DNA from: an uncultured Porphyromonadaceae bacterium
GTDB taxonomy: Bacteria; Bacteroidota; Bacteroidia; Bacteroidales; UBA12481
Reading direction: 5' to 3'
NCBI GenBank assembly: GCA_964416825.1
Contig: CAYQFT010000003.1
Location: 1 to 53,062 of the forward strand
Length of the DNA: 53,062 nucleotides
The notes under the pieces are model-generated. The model was not told the origin of the DNA. It did not search any database and was given only the letters and a program-made list of their open reading frames with translations. Every line of letters starts with the position of its first letter. The stretch's first letter is position 1. A program made the translations under genes and the position numbers. Positions 18,510 through 28,300 of this stretch are shown piece by piece.

Positions 18510-19386
18510 TTGCCACATCCCGCATCCGCCTGATATGCGCCGGCGTGGTGCCGCAGCAGCCGCCGATAATGTTGGCGCCGGCCTGGATAAGGCGGGGAAC
18601 GTAAGAGGCGGTGATTTCGGGAGTTTCACTGAAAACGTTCTTGCCGTCGTGGAAGTGGGGCAGGCCGGCATTGGCATGGACCAGCACGGGGATTGCCGGA
18701 TCGATTTTTCGGATCAGCTCAACGATCGGGATCATGTTTTCCATTCCGTTGCCGCAGTTGGTTCCGATTATATCTGCACCGGCTTCTTTCAGTGCAACTA
18801 CCATTTCTTCAGGTGAAACGCCCATCATGGTGCGGAAATCGCCCTGAATGGTTTTGTCGAATGTCATGGTTGTGATGACTGTCAGATCGGTATTTTCTTT
18901 GGCTGCCCGGGTGGCAATTGTGGCTTCGTCGAGGGCGGTCATGGTTTCAATGCAGATGACATCGGCACCCGCTTCGGCCAGGGCCACGCACTGTTTCTTA
19001 AAGCCTTCGTATAATTCTTCTTCAGTAACGTCTCCCATCATGAGAAGAATTCCGGTGGGACCAACGGATCCCAGAACGATCCGGTCGGGACCAATGGCCC
19101 GCCGGGTGATTTCAACGGCTTTGCGGTTGAGTTCCACAACCCGGTCCTGTAATCCGTAATGGCTCAATTTGAAGCGGTTACCGCCAAAAGTGTTTGTTTC
19201 CACGGCATCCGAGCCTGCTTCGGCATAGGCTCGGGCTATGGCTTCAACTTTATCCGGGAAATCGGCATTCCAGGTTTCCGGACAAACGCCGGGCTCGAGG
19301 CCCGCAGCCTGCAGCATGGTTCCCAGGGCGCCGTCAGATATCAGGATTCCGCCACTTTTCAGTCGGTCTATGATTGAGTGTGCCAT
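18502..19386 (-). CDS. Stand-alone homocysteine S-methyltransferase domain protein (MetH N-terminal-module-like, zinc-dependent)
   Basis: 294 aa. Motifs: ISDGALGTML, GTNCGNG and GGCCGTTPAHI, which are the Cys ligands of the Hcy-binding zinc site. No pterin-binding or B12 domains in the same polypeptide. Confidence 0.85.
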   Translation of the reverse strand: MAHSIIDRLKSGGILISDGALGTMLQAAGLEPGVCPETWNADFPDKVEAIARAYAEAGSDAVETNTFGGNRFKLSHYGLQDRVVELNRKAVEITRRAIGPDRIVLGSVGPTGILLMMGDVTEEELYEGFKKQCVALAEAGADVICIETMTALDEATIATRAAKENTDLTVITTMTFDKTIQGDFRTMMGVSPEEMVVALKEAGADIIGTNCGNGMENMIPIVELIRKIDPAIPVLVHANAGLPHFHDGKNVFSETPEITASYVPRLIQAGANIIGGCCGTTPAHIRRMRDVARS

Positions 19387-19387
19387 A

Positions 19388-20350
19388 TCAGTTCTTTTTT
19401 TGTAAAGCTAAAAACTGTTTCGAGAATTCCCGGTTATTGAGATCGGGGCCCAGGGCAATCAGCTCTGTTGGGCCGTCATAGCCGGTGATGGTTAGTATTT
19501 GAATCTGATCGAAAACGCATTGGATAGCAAGGGTTTCCTGCAGGTTGATACGGATGTAGCCTTTCAATCGGTACAGGTACGGAGATTTGTCAGCAATAAA
19601 ATTTTTAACCGCTTCCGGGTCGAAATAGCGGTTGGAGCGGACGACGCAGGAGCCGATATTTGGTCTTGGCTCCGAGTCCGCGTCACGCGTCACGCGTCCC
19701 GGATCGTTGGCGGGGAGATCCCGGCCTTCGCCGGGATGACAAAGCAGGTGAAGGAGATCGATCTGGTTTGTGGCGCCAAACGTTGTTTCGATGATGTCGG
19801 CGAAAGGGTTTATCTCGACAATTCGCTTTTTTATCAGAGAAACGTCGCTGACAAGATCGGTTTTGTTGATCCAGATGAGGTCGGCGATGCGGATCTGGTG
19901 GCGGGAGCGGGAGACGGTGTCGATGATTTTGTGGAAGTTGGCGGCGTCGACGATGCACCAGGAGGCGGCGAGATAGATTTTGTCGGTGAGCTTATCGGAA
20001 TGGATGATCTGACCGAGTGAGATGGGATCTGCGAGACCCGTGGCTTCGAGCAGGATCACATCGGGATGAACCTGATTGATAAAGGGTTCCAGCCGGTCGA
20101 TGAAGTCGCTGAGCAGACAGGCGCAGAAGACGCTTCCGTTGTTAATCTCGAGGAGTTCGAAGGGCTCTTCTGAACGGCGTAGTGTGATTCCGTCGGTGTG
20201 CCCGGGGGCGAACTCATTCTGCACAATTGCCAACCGAAGACCGCCGGAATACTTCTTTACGAGATCCAGCAGCAGCGTGGTTTTGCCGCTGCCCAGGAAC
20301 CCGGTTATCAGAATAAACGGTACCTTTTTCAGAGAATCTCCTTGATCCAT
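19388..20350 (-). CDS. CobW/COG0523-family G3E GTPase (putative metallochaperone)
   Basis: 320 aa. Motifs: P-loop GFLGSGKTTLL, EATGLADP, INKTDL, and a CobW_C-like C-terminus. The expected GCxCC metal motif reads SVFCACLL. The linker contains repeat-derived sequence (see findings). Confidence 0.8.
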   Translation of the reverse strand: MDQGDSLKKVPFILITGFLGSGKTTLLLDLVKKYSGGLRLAIVQNEFAPGHTDGITLRRSEEPFELLEINNGSVFCACLLSDFIDRLEPFINQVHPDVILLEATGLADPISLGQIIHSDKLTDKIYLAASWCIVDAANFHKIIDTVSRSRHQIRIADLIWINKTDLVSDVSLIKKRIVEINPFADIIETTFGATNQIDLLHLLCHPGEGRDLPANDPGRVTRDADSEPRPNIGSCVVRSNRYFDPEAVKNFIADKSPYLYRLKGYIRINLQETLAIQCVFDQIQILTITGYDGPTELIALGPDLNNREFSKQFLALQKKN

Positions 20351-21957
20351 TCCTTGATCACATCGGTTCCCGGGTTGCCGGCCTCGCTCCGAATCTTGTA
20401 TTTGATCGCCACCCAGGCGGGAGTCTGTGCCACGCCCAGAGAGCGGATTACTTCGGGATTGGTTTCCTGCCGAAGCTCCACAGAAACGCCCAGCTCGGCT
20501 ATCGCCTGTCGGGTTTTCTCAAGCAGCGGTTCAATTTCTTCGGATGTTTTGCCGAGCAGGAGGATTTCCCCTTGTTTCACCCGCAGCCTGATTTTCAGTT
20601 TCTCGTTGATCCGGTTCTGGATGGCCCGGATCAGTTCGTTCCTGGGTGGGATCTGTGAAACAAAGGTGATTTTCCCGTCGATGCAGATGGTGGGAATATT
20701 CTTGACAAACAGGGAGGACATGAAGGTGACGCCTTCAAGGTTTTTGATCGAATGTTCGCGCCACTCAACCAGGCCCTCGAAGTGGGGAGCCACTTCCTTA
20801 ACGGCCTCCACCATGTACTGGCAGGGGGCGCAGGATTCTGAGTCCAATGTGATGATGTCCACGATTACCTGGTCGCTCTTTCCGTATTCATCGAGGTTGA
20901 GCAGGTGCGGCTTGCCCTCCTTGTGCTCAAGGGTACGGACGATATCCTGGCGATAGGAATCCCTTACAAGTTGTGATACGGCCTGAATGTTCGCTACGGG
21001 TGTTTTCATGGGCAGGTCGCAGCCAGGGGCAAGAACGAAACCAGTAGTGCCGGCTATATCCATGCATTCCAATGCGTTACGCTGACAGTCCTCCGGCGTG
21101 CCCATCAGCATCACCAGAGTCAGCTGCAGGTTGCCGCCGAAGCTGATGCCGTATCGGCTGCAGATATTTTTTACATAATCCAGGGGGATATTTTCATCGA
21201 TCGAAATGTTATCCGGACCCGATTTACACATCACCTCGATGTTCTGCTGAGCGTGACCGCATACGAAGAACGAACTCAATCCCTTATTGCTCCGGATGTA
21301 GCTGAACACATCGGCCATTGGCTGGTGGATATATTCGGTGAACTGATCGGGCCCGATCTGGGAGGTCATGGGGTCAACCACGGCAATCACATCGCAGCCG
21401 GCTTCCAGATAATAGCCTGCCATGGCTTTGGTAACCGAAGCGGTGAAGGCGAGCAGTGATTTCGTATAGGCCGGGTCTTCGAACATTTTCATAAAGATGT
21501 CGGTCCCGAGCAGGTGGAGACCCAGGGTGAACGGGCCCGTGACGAGACCGTACAGGCAGATATCGGGATATTTTTTCCGGAGTTCCCGGGCGGCTTCAAC
21601 TGAGACGGGTATCCTTCCGGCGTTGGGTCCGGGAACCTGAAGTCCAGTCAGGTCATTTTTACCTGCGAGTGGGTGAGTTACCACGGCCGGGGGATTCTCA
21701 TCGGCCCAGGCCAGTTCGCAGCCCAGGGCTTCGGCTTCAATCTGGAGGTCGAAACAGACGGGGATTCCGTCGGGTTGATAGAGTTCGATTGCCTTACTGA
21801 TACCCTCGATAATGAGTTTTGAGGATTTGAGGTATTCAGTTGCAGTTTTCCCGATGAGGTATCCTCCATGGACGCCCACGAAGGGAACCCAGGGAATAAT
21901 CGGGGTCTGGCCGCCCTTGAAGGCGGCCACTACCAAATTTTTTCCTGTCATAATCAA
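20329..21957 (-). CDS. URO-D/MtaA-family methyltransferase fused to two C-terminal thioredoxin-like domains
   Basis: 542 aa. The N-terminal ~345 aa form a URO-D-like barrel (FFVCGHAQQN). Next comes a Trx/Grx-like domain with CxxC (DSESCAPCQYMVEAV ... IPTICIDGKI). A second Thioredoxin_3-like domain lacks the cysteines (ILLLGKTSEEIEPLLE ... TPAWVAIKYKI). ATGA overlap with the upstream gene. Confidence 0.7.
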   Translation of the reverse strand: MIMTGKNLVVAAFKGGQTPIIPWVPFVGVHGGYLIGKTATEYLKSSKLIIEGISKAIELYQPDGIPVCFDLQIEAEALGCELAWADENPPAVVTHPLAGKNDLTGLQVPGPNAGRIPVSVEAARELRKKYPDICLYGLVTGPFTLGLHLLGTDIFMKMFEDPAYTKSLLAFTASVTKAMAGYYLEAGCDVIAVVDPMTSQIGPDQFTEYIHQPMADVFSYIRSNKGLSSFFVCGHAQQNIEVMCKSGPDNISIDENIPLDYVKNICSRYGISFGGNLQLTLVMLMGTPEDCQRNALECMDIAGTTGFVLAPGCDLPMKTPVANIQAVSQLVRDSYRQDIVRTLEHKEGKPHLLNLDEYGKSDQVIVDIITLDSESCAPCQYMVEAVKEVAPHFEGLVEWREHSIKNLEGVTFMSSLFVKNIPTICIDGKITFVSQIPPRNELIRAIQNRINEKLKIRLRVKQGEILLLGKTSEEIEPLLEKTRQAIAELGVSVELRQETNPEVIRSLGVAQTPAWVAIKYKIRSEAGNPGTDVIKEWIKEIL

Positions 21958-23027
21958 TGTCTTGGATATAATTCCAGGGCAGCCTCTTTCATGGCCACCA
22001 GGTTTTCAAAGGGCACTTCGGGTTCGACTAAATGGGTTGGTCCCAGGATCAGCCCGCCTTTAGTTCCACACGTGCGAATACGCTCAATAGACAGCTCCCG
22101 GACTTGTTCTGGTGTTCCGAATGGCATAAGTTGTTGTGTGCCAAGAGTTCCCCAGAAAGATAACCGGTTTCCATACTGGGCATGCACAGCATTGAAATCC
22201 ATGCATTCGGGCTGTATGGGATTCAGAATATCCACGCCGGCGTCTATCAGTCCCTCGATAAATAGGGTAGCGTCGCCGCAGGAGTGGTAGAAAATCAGGA
22301 TATCGGGATTTATATTCCGGGCGGCATCGATCACTCTGCGGAGGCGGGGTTTGATCCACTGTTCCCAAAGTTCGACGCTCATCATGGGGCCTGTTTGCAT
22401 GCCAACGTCATCACCTAAAGATATGATGTCAACACCGGCCTGTGCATGAAGGGTTACACGGTTTATCTGATAACCGAGAATTTTATCGAACAGGATGGTG
22501 GCTTTTTCGTCCTCCAGCATCATGTCCATGAGCATGTCCTCCATGGATCGCAGGTACCAGGCGGCTTCCCAGATCGTCATTTGCATCATGCACATGGCGG
22601 CAAGTCCGCGTTGGTGCAGGGAGGCAACCTGATCGAAAAGCGGTTGGTTCTCTTCCCGTTTTACGGCCGGAAGAGGGTAGTTGAGAATCTCTTCCACCGA
22701 ATCGGCCCCGGCAAGCGGATGGTGCATGCGGGTCATGTGGAAGGCAGCTTCGGAACCTTTGGAATGGCCGAGCCCCAGAACGTCAAACTCAGTATCGGCT
22801 GGCAGGATTTCTCTCGGATAAAGTAAACGGGGATTGACGGATCCCGGGTTTTCATTCAGTTCAACCCAGCGGAAATCCACGCCGAACCAATCAAAATAGT
22901 CTTCATGGCCGAATCGCTTCCGGAAGGATTTAACCTGGGAATCGCAGAGAACCAGATCAATGGGAACCCAGTCGAACCCTTGCCGGCGCGCTGCACGGAT
23001 CAGGTTTTCACGGGGTGTGATCTTCAT
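21954..23027 (-). CDS. URO-D/MtaA-family (methylcobamide-type) methyltransferase
   Basis: 357 aa. Uroporphyrinogen-decarboxylase-like fold signature (LIFYHSCGDAT). Its start overlaps the stop of the corrinoid protein gene by 1 nt. Confidence 0.7.
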   Translation of the reverse strand: MKITPRENLIRAARRQGFDWVPIDLVLCDSQVKSFRKRFGHEDYFDWFGVDFRWVELNENPGSVNPRLLYPREILPADTEFDVLGLGHSKGSEAAFHMTRMHHPLAGADSVEEILNYPLPAVKREENQPLFDQVASLHQRGLAAMCMMQMTIWEAAWYLRSMEDMLMDMMLEDEKATILFDKILGYQINRVTLHAQAGVDIISLGDDVGMQTGPMMSVELWEQWIKPRLRRVIDAARNINPDILIFYHSCGDATLFIEGLIDAGVDILNPIQPECMDFNAVHAQYGNRLSFWGTLGTQQLMPFGTPEQVRELSIERIRTCGTKGGLILGPTHLVEPEVPFENLVAMKEAALELYPRH

Positions 23028-23701
23028 CAGGCTATATGTTTGTTCAGGAATTCAACGGCTCCCTGCGGATCCGGTGAATACCAGTCGGCCCCTATGCGAA
23101 CCCTGAAATCATCGGTTACCGGCGCACCACCGACAAGAATTTTTGTATCAGGTTTTGCAGCCTTGATCTCATGAACAATCTTTTCCATATTGAGCATGGT
23201 GGTTGTGAGCAGGCAGCTCAGGCCAATAAATGCTCCCGGGTGCTGATCCACTGCGGCCATGAATTTGGCAGCAGGAACGTCGATGCCAAGGTCGACAACT
23301 TCCCAGCCTGCACCTTCAACGATCATGCCAAGCAGGTTTTTACCGATGTCATGGAGGTCCCCCATGACCGTACCGATAATGAAAACGCCTTTACGCTTTA
23401 CTGCACCCGACTGAAAATAGGGCTTAAGGTGCTTCATCCCTGCGCTCATGGATTTGGCTGCCATTAAAACTTCGGGAACGAAAACCTTGTTTTCACGAAA
23501 TTTTACTCCAATAATCTGCATGCCGGGCACCAATCCCTTCTGCAGCACCTCATCTGCCGGAATTCCGGCAGCAAGAGCCTGAACGGTAAGTTCATCGGCA
23601 CCGTCCTGTTCTTTCATATCGGGTGGGAAAGGAGAGGTTTTATTAACTTTACCTCTTTCAACGCATTTTGCAATCTTGGCAAGTAATTCTTCAGGGTTCA
23701 T
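23027..23701 (-). CDS. Corrinoid (cobalamin-binding) methyl-carrier protein
   Basis: 224 aa. B12-binding_2 cap followed by a Rossmann domain with DxHxxG (GDLHDIGKNLL), SCLLTTTM and VGGAPV motifs. Confidence 0.9.
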   Translation of the reverse strand: MNPEELLAKIAKCVERGKVNKTSPFPPDMKEQDGADELTVQALAAGIPADEVLQKGLVPGMQIIGVKFRENKVFVPEVLMAAKSMSAGMKHLKPYFQSGAVKRKGVFIIGTVMGDLHDIGKNLLGMIVEGAGWEVVDLGIDVPAAKFMAAVDQHPGAFIGLSCLLTTTMLNMEKIVHEIKAAKPDTKILVGGAPVTDDFRVRIGADWYSPDPQGAVEFLNKHIA

Positions 23702-23747
23702 TCTCGTAAAATTTAGTTGATCACAAATATATAAATCCTGTTCTGAT

Positions 23748-24326
23748 ATGTTAAATGAATTAGTACTGAAAAACCGCAGCTACAGAAGATTCGATGCAGC
23801 CGTCCCTGTTCCGGCAGACACGTTGGAGGCACTGGTCGGTTTGGCACGGATCTGCCCCTCAAGCCGGAATCAACAAGCCTTAAAGTTTGTCTGTATAAAT
23901 GAGAAAAACCAAACCGGCGAGGTTTTCAAAACCCTGGCGTGGGCAGGGTATCTTAAGGATTGGAAAGGTCCCGCTGAAAACGAGCATCCAACGGGGTACA
24001 TAATAATTCTCGGCGATACCAACCTGGGTACCCGCTTTGACATTGACCTTGGAATAGCCGCCCAAACCATTCTGCTAGGCGCCGTTGAACAAGGGCTGGG
24101 GGGCTGCATGATTGCTTCCGTCAAGAAAGATGAGCTGAGATCATTCTTGAAAATCCAGGAACATTTGGAAATATTATTGGTTATTGCCCTTGGAAAGCCT
24201 GTGGAAACAGTAGTTATTGATCCGGTTATTGATGGTGAAATCCGCTATTTCAGAGATCAAAACCAGGTTCACCATGTTCCCAAAAGAGAAATGGATGATA
24301 TCCTGATCCGGATACATAATGCTTAA
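23748..24326 (+). CDS. Nitroreductase-family flavoprotein
   Basis: 192 aa. NRSYRRFD motif near the N-terminus, PSSRNQQ, and a size typical of the family. Confidence 0.8.
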   Translation: MLNELVLKNRSYRRFDAAVPVPADTLEALVGLARICPSSRNQQALKFVCINEKNQTGEVFKTLAWAGYLKDWKGPAENEHPTGYIIILGDTNLGTRFDIDLGIAAQTILLGAVEQGLGGCMIASVKKDELRSFLKIQEHLEILLVIALGKPVETVVIDPVIDGEIRYFRDQNQVHHVPKREMDDILIRIHNA

Positions 24327-24594
24327 CAACAGGTTTTTATAACGGGTTGAAAAGCAGAAGTTTAACAGCCACAAGGTGGTATTGTTAATAATTCAGACTG
24401 TTAATTAGTGAAATTAATTTGGCAGCTTATGATTTTGAGTTTATCTTTATCATGCAAAAGGTTAGACAGGAAGGAGCCTTTGAGAAAAGGAATTCAGACA
24501 AGGGATTTTTAGGCTTAGTTGCAATAACTTCTTTCTTCTCACTTCTTCTTATCTGTAAGGTGGTTCTTGATTGTGGGGACATGATAGGTGATGT

Positions 24595-24626
24595 TGGTAA
24601 AAAAGGCGGCTCCCAACCGCCTTTTT
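24595..24626 (-). terminator. Rho-independent terminator of the exported SOD gene
   Basis: The minus strand reads AAAAGGCGG-TTGGGAG-CCGCCTTTT followed by TT directly after the TAA stop. 9-bp stem. Confidence 0.8.
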
Positions 24627-25367
24627 TTATTTCAACAAGCCATCAAGCTGGGCCGATACTGAATCCCAGTTTACAACCTGCAGGAATCCGCTTATATAAT
24701 CCGCCCGTTTATTCTGATATTTAAGGTAATACGCATGTTCCCATACATCGCAGACCAATATCGGAATGGTGGTCCATTGGGATTGGTTCTGATGCTTTTC
24801 TGCCTGAAGAACGACCAGCCTGTCTGCATCGGGCTCATAACCCAGAATTCCCCAGCCGCTGCCTTCAACGGATGCGGATGCCTGCTTGAAAAGGCTGATA
24901 AAACGGTCGAAAGAGCCGAAGGATTTGATAATATATTTTTCCAGGGTTTCACTTCTTTTACCGGTTTTAGGGCCCATGTTGTTCCAGAACAGAACATGCA
25001 GAAAGTGACCGGCACCGTGAAAAGCCATTTCTCTTTCCCAATGCTTGATCAGGCTGAAATCTCCTGAATCCATTGCTTCACCAACTTTTTTTATGGCCGT
25101 GTTTAACCCTTTTACATAGCTTGCATGATGAATGCTGTGATGAAGTTTCATCGTAGCTTCATCAATATAGGGTTCAAGGGCATTATAGGCATAGGGGAGG
25201 GCAGGAAGTGTATATTCTCCGGCCTGATTAAGGGTAGACTGGGAAAACACAAAACCATTTGCAGCCGTTGAGGAATTTCCGCGGACAATTCCAGCGGCAA
25301 GACCCGCTCCGATCAGAGCAGTGGATTTAAGAAATTCTCTTTTATTCATGATCGTGTTATTTTTCAT
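24627..25367 (-). CDS. Fe/Mn-family superoxide dismutase with N-terminal Tat-like export signal
   Basis: 246 aa. N-terminus: NKREFLKSTALIGAGLAAGIV (KR variant of the RRxFLK twin-arginine motif). Mature part: LPALPYAYNALEPYIDEATMKLHHSIHH and [15 protein letters not shown]. Confidence 0.9.
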   Translation of the reverse strand: MKNNTIMNKREFLKSTALIGAGLAAGIVRGNSSTAANGFVFSQSTLNQAGEYTLPALPYAYNALEPYIDEATMKLHHSIHHASYVKGLNTAIKKVGEAMDSGDFSLIKHWEREMAFHGAGHFLHVLFWNNMGPKTGKRSETLEKYIIKSFGSFDRFISLFKQASASVEGSGWGILGYEPDADRLVVLQAEKHQNQSQWTTIPILVCDVWEHAYYLKYQNKRADYISGFLQVVNWDSVSAQLDGLLK

Positions 25368-25398
25368 ACTAACACACGATCATGGAAAATGTTCAGAC

Positions 25399-28300
25399 CT
25401 ACTTAAAAGCTTTTTCCAACAGTCCGTCGCCGGTCATTGCCAGTTGTCTGAAATATTCAGGAACGGGTTTGCCTGTGAGTGAATCGACATACAGTTTTGC
25501 AAGATATTGCCCGAGCATGAAGCCTTGTCCCCGTAGGCCAAGGAACAGCCCAAGGCTAGGATCAAGGATCATTCTGGGCTCAACGTAGTAACCGGCCCAG
25601 ACAGCCTGGAACCCAACGGAGGAAAGCTCCGGAATCCAGTTAACAAATACCTCCGAAGCGATTTCCAGGAAGTCCTGAGAGTTGATTTTCAGATTTTTAT
25701 CTGATTCCTGAGGGTCTGTAGCGGGTGATGCACATCCGATAACCTGACCGGTCTCGCCCAGCTGCTGTCCGTAGACTGCACTGAATCCCTTGTATTTCTG
25801 GCGGTCGATAACCATCGGAAGCGGTGCACCATTGACCCCAAGCATGGGTAATCTTCGTGTGATGAAGGCCTGATGCTTTACCGGGTACATTCCGGTTTCA
25901 ATTCCAAGCTTTCTCGCAAAATGGTGACCTTCCGGTCCCATGGCATTGATAAAATTGGGGGTCGTAATCTCGAGGTACTTCTTGTCATGGTTCTGCACCA
26001 GAACATTAAACTCTCGGCCATCTTTCCTTACATCAATCAGTTTGCAGTCTTCCCAGATCGTCCCGCCTTTTGCGATTCCCAGAGTCCGGATCAGGTCGAT
26101 GACCCTGCCGGGTGTGGCCTGCCAGCAATCATGGGTAATAAGGGCAGCAGGATAGCTTTCTGCCAGACGGTCGTTGATGAATGGGGAAATCCTGGTAGAA
26201 TATTTTTCCGGACCGATCATCTCGGCATCCGACCAGGACATTGAGGCTTCGAGCGCCTTAAGCATGTCTTCGTCGTGGGCAAAGGTTACATAGTCTATCG
26301 GGCGAAAATCGATATTCTTGATTTTCTGAAGTTCCTTGAATATTTCGAGATTATGCCGTGCAATGTCGGATAATTCGGGGACGCTGAAATTGGGCCGTCC
26401 ACCTGCAATATTCCTCCAGGAAGCACCCCGGCCTGAATTAACCAGAACCGGTTTTTTACCAGCTTCGCTAAGGTACCGGAAAAGGGCCGAGCCCCCAATT
26501 CCCCCGCCAACAACCAGCGCTTCAACCCTGATTTTTTCCGGCTGGCGGCTTCGGTCGACGATATGTATTTGCTCACTGGTTACTTTTGGATAAAGTTCTC
26601 CCATTCCCACCTGGTTTGACAGGGGACCACGAGGAGTGGCATCGCCGACAATCTGAATGCCAGACCCATGAAGAGCGGTTTTCAGACGCTTGATGCAACG
26701 CTTACCCCGGCAGGCACCCATCCCAAGCCGGGTGGTATGCTTGATTTCATCGACGGAAATGAACTTCCTGTCACCAATCCGTTCCAGGATTTCATCCATG
26801 GTAACATCGTCACAGTGGCAAACATAGGTTGGATTTTCAACCTCCGTTTGAACCGGACGTATGCGCACAGGCTCCGGGTATCTGGCCTTAATAATAAAGC
26901 CTCTCACTTCAACAAGCTTCTCGCCATGAATGTCGAGGGCTTTTACCCGGGCTACGTCTGTTTTGTTAGCCTTTTTCAGAATCTTTTCAAGCATCCCTGT
27001 TCCCAGGATATTTCCGTTGTTGTCTACCAGGTATACTTCCGAACCGGCTTCAGCTGTGTATTCAATCGGAAGAAACAGCCAGTCTTTCGGAAGGTTGTAC
27101 CCGAAAATGGCCAGACCTGGACACTGGTATACACAATCCATGCATCCTATGCACTTATCGAAATCTATCTGGGGAACCGTGCTGGTTGATGTTTTGGTGA
27201 TGGCCCCGTGAGGGCAGGCAAATTCACAGGGATTGCAGGCAAATCCATACAGACAATCAATCTGCACAAATCCTTTGCCATTCATCCGGTTGGCAGACGG
27301 CAGGTAAGGTGTGTCAATGATTTTGATAGGATGCTGCTGACTGTCAATATATTCCTTTGATAATGCCAGATATGCGTCATAATCAAACCGTTCACCCATC
27401 TCTTCCAGAAGTTCATAGGCAACCTGCTTGCCGCGCAGCACGGCGCTGGTCCCTTCTCCGATCCTGATCGCGTCTCCGGCGCCATAAACATTTCTGCCAA
27501 AAACCTCTTTACCCTTGATTAAAAGCTGATCATCTGGTACCAGACCTGTACAGATATTGATTGCGTCGATACCTTCAATGATTTTTTCCGTACCTGGAAC
27601 CGGCTGGAAATTAACAGATTCCGCCACCACAGCACCGACAATTCCGGTGCGGTCTTCATTTGGAATGGCTTTGATCAGGAGGTGGTTTAGCATGACCGGA
27701 ATTCCCAGCCTTCTGACCCTGTTGGCCTGAACAGGGAATCCACCCTCGCGGGGCATGGCCTCTACAATAGCCTTAACCGTAGCACCTGCTTGCATCAGCT
27801 GATAGGATGTGAGATAGCCGATATTCCCGGCACCAACGGTTAAAATGTTCTTGCCGAGCAGGGTAAACTCATTATTCATCATCTTCTGAACGACCGCAGC
27901 AGTGTATACACCCGGCAGGTCATCGTTTTCAAACGTCGGCATAAAAGGTACCGCGCCCGTGGCGATTACCAGGTGCTCAGTATCGATATAGAAGATTTCC
28001 TGAGTAACTATATTTTTTATAGCCAGACGTTTACCTTCCAGGATATCCCACACCGTACAATTCAGGAAAATCCCATCGAGGTTTTCTCCAGCCAGGGTTT
28101 TAGCAATATCAAATCCACGCATTCCTCCAAACTTCTTCTCCTTCTCAAAGAAAAAGAACTGGTGAGTCTGCATGAGGAATTGCCCTCCGATTTTGTCATT
28201 ATTGTCGATAACAATGTTATCTATTCCATGCCGGTTTAAGATTTCGCGGGTTGCCAAACCGGCCGGCCCGGCTCCGATGATGGTCACGGCGGAGCGATAA

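Noticed and set aside
20198-20956. A 252-aa plus-strand ORF, with similar long antisense ORFs at 10724-11263, 19499-20020, 26668-27189, 33684-34232, 38411-38905, 40731-41291 and 44587-45009.
   Set aside because: All lie entirely antisense to CDSs with strong family motifs and have low-complexity Ser/Arg/Pro-rich translations. These are shadow ORFs.
23702-23747. Cobalamin riboswitch upstream of the corrinoid operon.
   Set aside because: The divergent spacer is only 46 nt, far too short for a B12 aptamer.
24327-24626. A 300-nt gene-free spacer between the nitroreductase and exported SOD genes, containing ORF 24419-24724 (101 aa). I considered a small gene or ncRNA.
   Set aside because: The ORF reads through the SOD terminator hairpin and into the SOD gene antisense. 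I could not recognise a tRNA cloverleaf, a riboswitch core or a conserved ncRNA motif. It is left unassigned rather than called.
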